From positions 1-64,000 of IMG/VR virus record IMGVR_UViG_3300035670_000106: a stretch of DNA of 64,000 nt; one strand, written 5' to 3'. Below, one piece after another: positions 55,367 to 64,000 of the stretch. A model generated the notes under the pieces. It was not told the origin of the DNA. It was given only the letters and a program-made list of their open reading frames with translations, and made no database searches. Source of the stretch: a virus. Position numbers and translations under genes: made by a program. How positions within the stretch are numbered: the first letter of the stretch is position 1; the number at the start of each line of letters is the position of its first letter.

Positions 55367-57106
55367 TTAACTACCACACGCAATACATTCTTCGTCATCT
55401 AGTTTAACTCTTTCCACTTTCTGAGAGATCTTATCTCCCTTTCTGATTTTATCAGATCTGCAATAGTAAAGTGATTTAACTCCACCCTTCCACGCTTTCA
55501 TATGGCAGTCGTGAATATACTTAATTTCTTCAGTGGGCATAAAGAAAAGATTTACAGACTGACCTTGATCAATATACTTAGCGCGATCAGAAGCCATATG
55601 TACAATAACACGTTGGTCAATTTCCATAGCAGTTTTAAATACATCTTTCTCCCACTCAGTTAGGCAATCAATATTTTGTACTGAACCATTATCATTTATA
55701 ATAGTACTCCATGCCAGTAAGTATTCATCCTCATCTAGCCTTTCCTTCAGAATCTTATCTAGGTGTTTATTTTTATTAAGGTAAGACCCAGAAGCAGTAT
55801 CCTGTCGATACGCATTAGCTCTGTATGGTTCAATACTAGGAGATGTATTACCCATAATAATAGAACTACTAGCGGTAGGAGCTACAGCCATTAAATGACT
55901 AAATCTCTTACCGGTACCTACGCAATCTGGAGCCTCTCCACGTTCTGTAGCAAGGTAGTGACTAGCCATTTCCAAATACTGCTTCATTTTAGAGAATATC
56001 TGATTATTAATTCCGAAAGCCATAGGAGTATCAAAAGGAATATTTTTAGATTGCAGTAAGCTGTGAAATCCAAGAACTCCTACTCCAATACTTCTTTCTT
56101 TATATGCAGAGTTAGCTGATTTTTGCATGCTAGGTCCCGCATCTCTAATAAACGTATTAAGTACATTATCTAGCATTTCAGCTACGTCTCTATAGAATAG
56201 CTCGTCATCCTTCCATTGATCCCAGTAATCTAGGTTCAAAGAGCTAAGGCAACACACAGCTGTTCGGTCTTGGTTAGTAGGTAGTTCAATTTCTGCACAT
56301 AGATTACTAGTTTCGATTTTAAGGCCTAGAGCTTTTAAGTGTTCTGGAAGAGCCTTATTAGCGGTATCAATAAAGTGCAAATAAGGTTCGCCAGTTTGCA
56401 TTCTAGTTTCCATAAGTTTTTGCCATAGCTCTCTAGCACTAATTGTTTTCACTATTGTGCCGTCTGGGTCTTTTAGTTCCCAAGTATCATCAACATATGG
56501 ATCACCAGTACACTCTTCAATAAGTTCCATAAACTCATTAGAAATATTTATTCCATGGTGTAGATTTAAACATCTAATATTAGGATCTCCAGTAGGTTTA
56601 CGCATTTCAATAAACTGTACAATATCTGGATGATCAATATCTAAGTAAGCTGCATAAGACCCTCTACGAGTCGTACCTTGTTTATATGCTAGACAGTGAT
56701 AGTCATAAACTTTTAAGTGGGGCATAACTCCCACAGACTTATCATCTGCAGAGCGCATACCTGCTTTAAACCCTACACCTCCGCCGGACATGCTAAGCCA
56801 GGCAATTTCATCTAATGCACTGACCAATCCTTCCGCAGTATCCTCTATCTCAGTAAGAAAACAAGAGATAGGGAGTCCTTTTTTATTTCGACCATATGAG
56901 AGAATAGGAGTACTAGCGGATAGCCAATGATTACTTAAATAGTTGTATAGTCTTTGAGAATGTTCTTCATTAGACCCGAAAGCTTTAGCAATGTAAGCGT
57001 ATCTTTCTTGAGGGCTAGATTCATCCTTTCTCATGTAACTATCTTTTAATCTCTGCAAGCCATTCTTATCAAATAGCGCGTCCTTAGAATAATCTAACTT
57101 AATCAT
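55367..57106 (-). CDS. nrdA: Ribonucleotide reductase class Ia alpha subunit (no ATP cone)
   Basis: 'ISCFL', 'SNLCAE', 'APTASSS', 'SLYY', C-terminal CxxC. Confidence 0.95.
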   Translation of the reverse strand: MIKLDYSKDALFDKNGLQRLKDSYMRKDESSPQERYAYIAKAFGSNEEHSQRLYNYLSNHWLSASTPILSYGRNKKGLPISCFLTEIEDTAEGLVSALDEIAWLSMSGGGVGFKAGMRSADDKSVGVMPHLKVYDYHCLAYKQGTTRRGSYAAYLDIDHPDIVQFIEMRKPTGDPNIRCLNLHHGINISNEFMELIEECTGDPYVDDTWELKDPDGTIVKTISARELWQKLMETRMQTGEPYLHFIDTANKALPEHLKALGLKIETSNLCAEIELPTNQDRTAVCCLSSLNLDYWDQWKDDELFYRDVAEMLDNVLNTFIRDAGPSMQKSANSAYKERSIGVGVLGFHSLLQSKNIPFDTPMAFGINNQIFSKMKQYLEMASHYLATERGEAPDCVGTGKRFSHLMAVAPTASSSIIMGNTSPSIEPYRANAYRQDTASGSYLNKNKHLDKILKERLDEDEYLLAWSTIINDNGSVQNIDCLTEWEKDVFKTAMEIDQRVIVHMASDRAKYIDQGQSVNLFFMPTEEIKYIHDCHMKAWKGGVKSLYYCRSDKIRKGDKISQKVERVKLDDEECIACGS

Positions 57107-57504
57107 ACTTCTAGCCTCTCAACTCTTACTGAATTATTTTTTAGGTAGTTAATACCCTCAGAATGGTTATACTCATCAGAATAAAATACTTCTTTTATAT
57201 TATTCTTCACAATTTTTTCAGCACACTCTAAACAAGGAGCTGTGGTTACAAACAGAGATGATCCCTCTAGCGAATGCCAACACTTTCTAAGTGCATTATC
57301 TTCTGCGTGTATTACTTCTGGTTTTGTCTTAAAGTTCTCATCTTCGCAGCAGTTATCTGCCCCAGCTGGGGTACCGTTGTACCCGACCGAAATAACATTA
57401 TTATTCTTTATGATAACACAGCCGACTTTCCTTCTTTCACAGTAGCTTAGCCGGGATACTATGCCCGCTATTTTCATATAGGTATCTCTCTGTCTTGGAG
57501 TCAT
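57103..57504 (-). CDS. dCMP deaminase
   Basis: 'GYNG', 'HAEDNA', 'PCLEC'. Confidence 0.9.
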   Translation of the reverse strand: MTPRQRDTYMKIAGIVSRLSYCERRKVGCVIIKNNNVISVGYNGTPAGADNCCEDENFKTKPEVIHAEDNALRKCWHSLEGSSLFVTTAPCLECAEKIVKNNIKEVFYSDEYNHSEGINYLKNNSVRVERLEV

Positions 57505-58758
57505 TTAGCTTCCTGTGCTACCAAATCCGCCTTCTCCACGAGCTGTATCTTCTAGAGAATCTACTTCTACAGTGAATATCGGTTCGTATTTTCTTAGTAT
57601 TAACTGGAATCCTTTAAAAGGTAGTGGTAGCTCCTCTTCAGTGTGACTTCTAATAGCTACCATTATTTCTCCTACGTACTGTGAATCTATAATGCCCACA
57701 CTATTGGCCAGTGAATGTCCACTTTTAGAAAGACTACTTCTTGGTACAAGATCAAAGTAGTAACCCGCAGGAGGGGATACCTTAAGTCCTGTATGGTACA
57801 TATAAACATCTTTATAAAGTAGCTTACCTTTCCGTATAATAGTAAGATCTAGTCCAGCATCCCCTTCTAAAGCTACTTTAGGTATAACAGCATTTGGATC
57901 TACTTTATTAATCTTAACTTTAAATCCATCAAAACTGGTAAAGTTGTACGATAACGAAGGTACCCAGCCCTTTATATCTACGTAAGTATTGAACTTTCTA
58001 TGCAGAACATCTGCCCCATCTCCTGAGTAGATATACTCTAAAAATTTAATAGCGTCTAGCCCCTTATTTATCTCAAAGCTATTTGAGTATACATAGCCTA
58101 CATTAGTAATGTCTTTAATACTATGAAGCATAGAGGAAGAGTTAGAGTAAATACTTACTCTTGGTATCCCAGATTTTACACCAACATACCCGTCCCCTTC
58201 AAAGTACCCCCTAATAAAGTAAGGTTTCAAATCGTTAGAAATCTCGGGGAATTTTACAAGATCATGCTTCTTTCCAAAAGTATCTAACTGTAAATGTTTG
58301 AGACAATCTTGCGCAAATTTATGCGAATTAATAGTAATTCCCAATAAATTATTGTCTTTTTCACAAATAGGTAGATCTCTAGAGATTAAGGATTTTAGGT
58401 ATACTAAAGTGTCAACATCTATTTCTTTTATAAAGATAGATACTGAGTTTTGCCATATTGAGCCATCTGAAGCTATCCATCCCAACAAATACGCTTTTTC
58501 AGGGGTATCAATATTTTCCAAATAATTATCATTAAAATAATACCTAGTATTAGGGTTATTTCTACCACTAAATTCTTCTCTTTTTTGACAAAACTTACAA
58601 AAGTCTTTACCACCAGTACGTTGTCTTTGTTTATATATTATTCTATATTCTCTATCAATAATGCCTAAACACTTTGGGTGCTTACCGGAGTCACAGGATA
58701 CTCTAAATATCTTGTGACTGCCTTCTGCAATATCTTTAGGTAAATTATCTAATATCAT
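57505..58758 (-). CDS. dut: LAGLIDADG endonuclease fused to trimeric dUTPase
   Basis: 'AYLLGWIASDG' and 'FIRGYFEGDG'; C-terminal 'AGLDL', 'RSS', 'GIIDSQYVG', 'RGEGGFGSTG'. Confidence 0.9.
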   Translation of the reverse strand: MILDNLPKDIAEGSHKIFRVSCDSGKHPKCLGIIDREYRIIYKQRQRTGGKDFCKFCQKREEFSGRNNPNTRYYFNDNYLENIDTPEKAYLLGWIASDGSIWQNSVSIFIKEIDVDTLVYLKSLISRDLPICEKDNNLLGITINSHKFAQDCLKHLQLDTFGKKHDLVKFPEISNDLKPYFIRGYFEGDGYVGVKSGIPRVSIYSNSSSMLHSIKDITNVGYVYSNSFEINKGLDAIKFLEYIYSGDGADVLHRKFNTYVDIKGWVPSLSYNFTSFDGFKVKINKVDPNAVIPKVALEGDAGLDLTIIRKGKLLYKDVYMYHTGLKVSPPAGYYFDLVPRSSLSKSGHSLANSVGIIDSQYVGEIMVAIRSHTEEELPLPFKGFQLILRKYEPIFTVEVDSLEDTARGEGGFGSTGS

Positions 58759-58946
58759 TGCCCATTCCTCATTATTTCTTTAACTCTATAAGTAATCCAG
58801 TCAGCTGTTTTTCCATAGTTCTCGATACCGGACATACTAGCACTAACTTCCAAATTATAGATTTGTTTGAGAATGCCTCTAGCATCCTCAAAATTAGGAA
58901 GGTTATATTCATTTTTAACTAAGTCTAACGCTTCTAACGCTGTCAT
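58755..58946 (-). CDS. Hypothetical protein
   Basis: ATGA-coupled to both neighbours. Confidence 0.7.
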   Translation of the reverse strand: MTALEALDLVKNEYNLPNFEDARGILKQIYNLEVSASMSGIENYGKTADWITYRVKEIMRNGQ

Positions 58947-59770
58947 AAGTATTCCTCTAATAGGTTATCAATATCTTTAGTATGGAGTCCTATTGCGTCC
59001 TCACAGAAAGATAATAAGTCCATTAATTCATAATTTAACAAAATGGTATCCTTGTGCTTATTAAGACTTTGAATATACTTATACTTGCTATTAATAGGTA
59101 TAGCTGCTGCAATATCCAAGGCTGAACCATATTGTTTAACCAAATCGGAAGCCCTTTTAGGGCCTACGCCTTCTACTCCCTTTACATTATCTCCTGTATC
59201 GCCAGTTAGACACTTAATACTGATGTATTCCTCAATATCACAGTCATAATGTGTATTCCAGTTTTCAAAAGTAACTTCTTTTCTAGTTACATAAGAAAAT
59301 CTACTGGTATTCTCATTAACTAATAGATCCCAGTCCCTATCTGAAGAAATAAGCCATTTATTATAGTTTTTTATATTTTTAACAATGTAAGCTGCAATAT
59401 CATCAGCCTCTACACCATCAAACCTCAGTACAGGGTAGATTGTGCTAATTTGAAGCATAGTAGCTTCAAATTCTTTAAAAAATGCTTCAAACTGCTCTCG
59501 TTCCTCGTCAGTTTGATTCTCGAAACGTTCCTTACGGTTAGCCTTATATTCAGGGTAAATAGCTTTTCTGTAAGATGAAGAACCTTTATCACAAGCAATA
59601 ATAACTTTAGCCGCCTTATATGATTTTTTAAGACTATCTACTACTCTAATATAATCTTCAACGAAAGTAGAAGATTTAGCATGAAGATACCTAAAAGCTA
59701 AATTAAGTCCATCTACAATCATTAAAGTATTGTTATCAACTTCTTTAAGTACGCCAAAACTTTTACTCAT
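58943..59770 (-). CDS. Flap endonuclease / 5'-3' exonuclease (T5 D15-like)
   Basis: 'IVDGLNLAFR', 'YKANR', 'EADD', 'SSDRDW', 'GDTGDNVKGVEGVGPK'. Confidence 0.95.
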   Translation of the reverse strand: MSKSFGVLKEVDNNTLMIVDGLNLAFRYLHAKSSTFVEDYIRVVDSLKKSYKAAKVIIACDKGSSSYRKAIYPEYKANRKERFENQTDEEREQFEAFFKEFEATMLQISTIYPVLRFDGVEADDIAAYIVKNIKNYNKWLISSDRDWDLLVNENTSRFSYVTRKEVTFENWNTHYDCDIEEYISIKCLTGDTGDNVKGVEGVGPKRASDLVKQYGSALDIAAAIPINSKYKYIQSLNKHKDTILLNYELMDLLSFCEDAIGLHTKDIDNLLEEYL

Positions 59771-60005
59771 TTACTTGTTCCCAATATACTATTCCTTCAT
59801 CAATAATAGCTTTATATGTAGGCACAACACACCTGTCACTTATTTCATCGAACTGATCACTAATACCATAGTATTCAATACTATTACTCACATACATAAC
59901 CTCTGCCCTTACTATAATTACATCTTTTAGAATCTTTAATACAGTTCGCGGAGAAGTATTAATTAATTCTAGTGGCAGACTAAACTTTCCTTTTCGTTTT
60001 GTCAT
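59763..60005 (-). CDS. Hypothetical protein
   Basis: Coupled ORF between D14 and D15. Confidence 0.7.
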   Translation of the reverse strand: MTKRKGKFSLPLELINTSPRTVLKILKDVIIVRAEVMYVSNSIEYYGISDQFDEISDRCVVPTYKAIIDEGIVYWEQVNE

Positions 60006-60454
60006 ACAAACCTCGGGGCCTCATTAAGTATCCAGTCTTCCAATTTAGCAACATAAAATTCATGGCCATCTATATTTAGAAATGCCCATCTATAATTTGC
60101 ATTCTCTGGTAACTCCTTAAATGCAACAAATATTTTACTACGATCGAACTTAAAAATCAAGAGAGGTTTTCTACTTATCTGAGCTGACTCTCTAATTGTC
60201 TGTTCCCACCATTCAATTAATTGTGGCATTTTATCTGTAAAAATTTTAGAGGTAAAATGATCTGCTTTATAATGTTTAACTTCTATACAGAATATATTAA
60301 GAGAGTTAGCAATATACAGGTCCCCCTTTAACCCGTGACTTGCATGTAGTCCACCAGAAAGAGGTACCCTCTTAAAATCTATTCCAGTAAGTCTTTTAAG
60401 TTCTTTAGCTACAGCTGTTTCAGCTCTAGCCCCTTTTTCTCTGCTATCTACCAT
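60002..60454 (-). CDS. T5 D14-like PD-(D/E)xK nuclease (resolvase-like)
   Basis: 'DSREKGARAE', 'RVPLSG', 'KGD', 'EVKHY'. Confidence 0.9.
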   Translation of the reverse strand: MVDSREKGARAETAVAKELKRLTGIDFKRVPLSGGLHASHGLKGDLYIANSLNIFCIEVKHYKADHFTSKIFTDKMPQLIEWWEQTIRESAQISRKPLLIFKFDRSKIFVAFKELPENANYRWAFLNIDGHEFYVAKLEDWILNEAPRFV

Positions 60455-61014
60455 TATACTTTTCTTAATATTAGTTCAATGGCACATTCCGGGCCATCTT
60501 CTGGACCCGTCTGGTCTACTTGCTTGGAAGCAATCCAATCGAATCCGTCTTCAATACGTTTAATACTGATTATCTCAGTATCTTTCCATACTAGCTTAAG
60601 CAAGTCAGTAACATTTAAAGATTTTGGTAGTCTAGAGTTACCTTGGTATATTTTAAAAGACCATTTATGATCTGTATTAAACTTAGAAGGCCACATATTA
60701 TGCTCATAAAGTTCTTCATCTGGAATACTAATTACAATATAACCTCCAGGCTTACAAACTCTAACCCAGTTCTTAATTGCTACTCTAGGGTCCATCATAT
60801 GCTCTAAACAGTGGGAGCTATGGACAAAATCTTGTGAGTTATCAGAAAGAGTTTTCAAATATTGAGCATCGCCATCTTTTAGATCCCAGTCATATGCAGT
60901 ATACCCATGCTTAGATATACAATCCGGACCCGCTCCAATATCCAAGCCACTTCCCTTAAAGAGTACATTATTGTACTCTCCTCGTCTTTTTATTGCTTTA
61001 GTAGCCTCATACAT
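60454..61014 (-). CDS. Class I SAM-dependent methyltransferase
   Basis: 'GLDIGAG', 'DFVHSSHCLEH', 'RVCKPGG'. Confidence 0.9.
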   Translation of the reverse strand: MYEATKAIKRRGEYNNVLFKGSGLDIGAGPDCISKHGYTAYDWDLKDGDAQYLKTLSDNSQDFVHSSHCLEHMMDPRVAIKNWVRVCKPGGYIVISIPDEELYEHNMWPSKFNTDHKWSFKIYQGNSRLPKSLNVTDLLKLVWKDTEIISIKRIEDGFDWIASKQVDQTGPEDGPECAIELILRKV

Positions 61015-62810
61015 TATTCTAACCTCGATATGTTATTTTCCTTAATTACTGTAATTTTTTCCAGTAAGGGGTGTGTAAATCCATGGGAAATAAGAAAAGT
61101 ATTAAGATGCTCCTCTTTTAACAAAACCTCCACTAGCTTCTCCTTTCCGTCAGTATCTAGACTATCAATAGTTTCATCTAGTACGAGTAAATTTATACGT
61201 GCATTGGATAAAGATTGCATTAGTTTTCTAATAGCTAGTAGGGTAGCCGTATTAACTCTGGCCTTTTCTCCTCCTGATAGCGCAACAATATCAATATCTA
61301 CCCCATTATCAGTAATAATAATATTAAGTTTATCACTAGCAGTTACTTTAAAGGTTAACTGAAATCTGCCATCACTTAGTTCAGCTAGGTACTTATTAGC
61401 AAGATCCTCTAGATCCTTTACTAGACATTCGATTTTATAAGCAATTAAACCACTAGTACTAAAAGTTTTTTGAAGAATCTGTAGATAGCTTAATTTTTCT
61501 CCTACAATTGCAAGAGATTCATTATACTTTACTAAATCTTCTTCCATTGAAGCCATCTGTTCAGAGATAACAGAAATTTTAGAGTTATTAGCACTTGCGG
61601 TCTTATTAAAAGACTCTATCTCTTTAATTTCTTTATATAGAGTATCTAACTTACTCTCTAAATCTTTAATAGTACCAAGAAGATCCTCACTATCAATAAT
61701 CTTTTCAGGTAGGCTATCATCAATTAGACTATGATACTGCTCATATTCCGATTTTAGTCGCTGGGCCTCTTCATACCTAAGTTTTGTTTCTCGATGCTCT
61801 GCCAACTCCTTATTAATTTTATTAAGAGCTTCCTGAGCAGTAGCTTTAATAACTTCCTGGTCATTAATCAATTCTTCTAGTTTTTGTCTATTAATTAATT
61901 GTAGACAGGTTGGGCAAGTACCATCGAGATGTGCTATTTTACTAATAAAAGCCGTAGCATCTTTAATAGTTTTGGATAGCTCCCCACTATGTTTTACAAT
62001 ATGGGAATTATCGATTGGAGGTACTGCATCTTTTATAGAGCTAACATCGATACTCTTTAGATTGGCTTTATACTGGTTATTTTTTGTAATCTGTTTATTA
62101 GAGTATTCTACACCCTGCAATTGAGCTTTAGTATCTGTTAAATCCTGCTGCACTTTAGGGTCAATAGTAGGAAGCTCTTTTAGTTCTATGTAGCTAAGAG
62201 GTACTTTAGAATTTCTATCAATCCAACTTTGAGTAGTTTTTATAGAAGTTTCAATTGATGATACTTCCTCACTAACTTCCTTAACTGCGGCTTTAAATAC
62301 TTCAAATGCTTCAACGTACTTATCTAAGTTTAACAAATCAATAAGAAATTTTTTCCTATTAGAATCTGTTGCAGTAAGGAACTCCAAACTACTACTACTA
62401 GATTGGTAAATAAGTTGAGAGAAGGCTTTATTGTCTAGCCCAAAAATACTCTCTATCATTTTAAATGTAGCGGTAGCAGTATGAGCACTAATATCCACAC
62501 CATCTTTCAGTAGCTTTACTACTTGCGTGCTACCTCTAGTAGTACTAATTTCATACTCATTACCGTCTTTAGTAAAAGTAAGATTTATACTATAGCTTTT
62601 ATCTTTAATATACCTATTAAGAATATCGGCTTTTTTAATACCTTTGGAATTTTTATTATAAATAGCTTCTTCTAAAATTAGAGGAATGCTTGTTTTTCCG
62701 TGACCGTTCCTACCTACTAATTGGGTAATCGGGTCTTTATTGAAGCATATATAATTACCTCTTCCATAACTAAATAAATTATCAAAGCTTAATTTTTTGA
62801 GCGTAATCAT
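61014..62810 (-). CDS. SbcC/Rad50-like ATPase (T5 D13-like)
   Basis: Walker A 'GRNGHGKT', zinc hook CPTC, signature 'LSGGE', 'LDE'; likely start ATG 62810. Confidence 0.95.
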   Translation of the reverse strand: MITLKKLSFDNLFSYGRGNYICFNKDPITQLVGRNGHGKTSIPLILEEAIYNKNSKGIKKADILNRYIKDKSYSINLTFTKDGNEYEISTTRGSTQVVKLLKDGVDISAHTATATFKMIESIFGLDNKAFSQLIYQSSSSSLEFLTATDSNRKKFLIDLLNLDKYVEAFEVFKAAVKEVSEEVSSIETSIKTTQSWIDRNSKVPLSYIELKELPTIDPKVQQDLTDTKAQLQGVEYSNKQITKNNQYKANLKSIDVSSIKDAVPPIDNSHIVKHSGELSKTIKDATAFISKIAHLDGTCPTCLQLINRQKLEELINDQEVIKATAQEALNKINKELAEHRETKLRYEEAQRLKSEYEQYHSLIDDSLPEKIIDSEDLLGTIKDLESKLDTLYKEIKEIESFNKTASANNSKISVISEQMASMEEDLVKYNESLAIVGEKLSYLQILQKTFSTSGLIAYKIECLVKDLEDLANKYLAELSDGRFQLTFKVTASDKLNIIITDNGVDIDIVALSGGEKARVNTATLLAIRKLMQSLSNARINLLVLDETIDSLDTDGKEKLVEVLLKEEHLNTFLISHGFTHPLLEKITVIKENNISRLE

Positions 62811-63735
62811 GATAAACACCTAGAACTTTATCAATAGTATTAGGACTTACATTTAGAATGTAGGTCAAATAGTCGGTTATTTCTTCTTCAATAGACATTT
62901 CTGGAGATAGTATAAGTGTAGTATCTACATTACGTTTAGTTATCTTTTTGTCCATTAGAGCATTGTCAGTTACTGCAGAAAGTTCAGATATATCCCCTTC
63001 CACTTCATATATAGTATGATCGGGATAGGTCGCGAGCATCGGCTCGCCAGCCTGGATAGTTTTTCTTAGTAATTGAGGTAAATCTAAGGCAAAGAATTTA
63101 CTATCTAAGGTAACAGTATCCAACAGAATAACCCCTGTGTCTACCTTATTACGGTGAAATGAGGTAGTAATAGGAGAGCCAGGATACTTGATATTACGTT
63201 GACAGTTATCATACGAATGAAGATCCCCTGCTAAAACTACTTTCCATCTGTCAAATATTGATAGGTCGATTTCAGGTTTAACATGTGGAGGGATCTCTCC
63301 TCTAACATGAGTTACTAGAATATCGCTATGGAAATCAATATCTGCTGGAGTATACTGTTTTAACTTATTATAGGGTATAAAATCAATACCAAACTCAGTG
63401 TGAAAATCATCAATAATTTGTACTTTACTATTAAGCCTAGAAGTTAATTTTTTCAGATAAGAGAGAAATGTAGTATCTTTCTTTAGTGCCTCATGATTAC
63501 CAGAAATTATTCTAGTTTCACACTTGCACCCAGCTACAAACTCGTAGTACAGTTCAAGCTCCTCTAGCGAAGGGACTTTATCAAAGAAATCACCTCCTAA
63601 AATATGAACATCTACTTCGGCCTCTAGTTTATGTAACTCATTAAATAGCAAGTGAAACCTATTTCTAGCCCATTCTACAGGAATATTTTTAGTACCTAAC
63701 TTTATATGATGATCGGCGCTAAAAAGTATTTTCAT
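62782..63735 (-). CDS. SbcD/Mre11-like nuclease (T5 D12-like)
   Basis: 'ADHH', 'GGDFFD', 'GNHE', 'GDLH', 'YPGSP'. Confidence 0.95.
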   Translation of the reverse strand: MKILFSADHHIKLGTKNIPVEWARNRFHLLFNELHKLEAEVDVHILGGDFFDKVPSLEELELYYEFVAGCKCETRIISGNHEALKKDTTFLSYLKKLTSRLNSKVQIIDDFHTEFGIDFIPYNKLKQYTPADIDFHSDILVTHVRGEIPPHVKPEIDLSIFDRWKVVLAGDLHSYDNCQRNIKYPGSPITTSFHRNKVDTGVILLDTVTLDSKFFALDLPQLLRKTIQAGEPMLATYPDHTIYEVEGDISELSAVTDNALMDKKITKRNVDTTLILSPEMSIEEEITDYLTYILNVSPNTIDKVLGVYHDYAQKIKL

Positions 63736-63986
63736 CTATTAAAATAGCCTCTAATAAGATTAATAGGGAATAGGGGTAAAGGTAGCATAAAACTATATTT
63801 GTGCTTCGTTTCTTTGAAAAAATCTTCTTTAGAAAGGGCTTTTTTAGTCCAGTTATCAAACCATAGGTCACCCACTTGAGCTACAATATGATGGCCTCCG
63901 CTCTCGGTACGAACTTTGTGTAACCGATGTTTAAATACTATACAAGTATTCCAGAGGAACTTAAACAAACTTTCATCGTTAATCAA
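63732..63986 (-). CDS. Hypothetical protein (may begin outside the window)
   Basis: ORF coupled to the D12-like start. Confidence 0.55.
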   Translation of the reverse strand: MINDESLFKFLWNTCIVFKHRLHKVRTESGGHHIVAQVGDLWFDNWTKKALSKEDFFKETKHKYSFMLPLPLFPINLIRGYFNR

Positions 63987-64000
63987 CCAAATAGTAGTTA

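Noticed and set aside
1-64000. tRNA or rRNA genes
   Set aside because: No cloverleaf or T-loop signatures seen in intergenic regions by eye; tRNAscan-SE was not run

Overview
About 64 kb of a lytic T5-like (Demerecviridae-related) siphophage genome, in the opposite orientation to the T5 reference map. (1) 1-~5490 is a pre-early/terminal-repeat-like region. Its short minus-strand operons encode two A2-like proteins, a Dmp-like HAD phosphatase, a DEDD exonuclease, a SprT-like protease and small acidic or membrane proteins. Five repeated non-coding blocks separate the operons and are packed with matches to host regulator sites (tandem IHF, tandem Fur, OxyR/LysR-like, sigma54, and sigma70 promoters that face no ORF). 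This candidate host-factor decoy or loading array is the main finding. (2) 5663-53858 is the plus-strand late region. It holds TerS, a TPR-glycosyltransferase, TerL, nucleases, portal, a fused protease-capsid gene and a T5-type tail tube with frameshifted chaperones. A lambda-type tail tip follows, with a 2787-aa K-I-J fusion and a 2547-aa fibre. The region ends with an accessory structural operon, a porin plus periplasmic-protein module, holin/endolysin, PhoH and a displaced tail-completion gene. (3) 53896-64000 is the minus-strand early region: nrdB, HNH, nrdA, dCMP deaminase, a LAGLIDADG-dUTPase fusion, D15, D14, a SAM methyltransferase, D13 and D12. All assignments come from motif recognition and synteny; no database searches were run.
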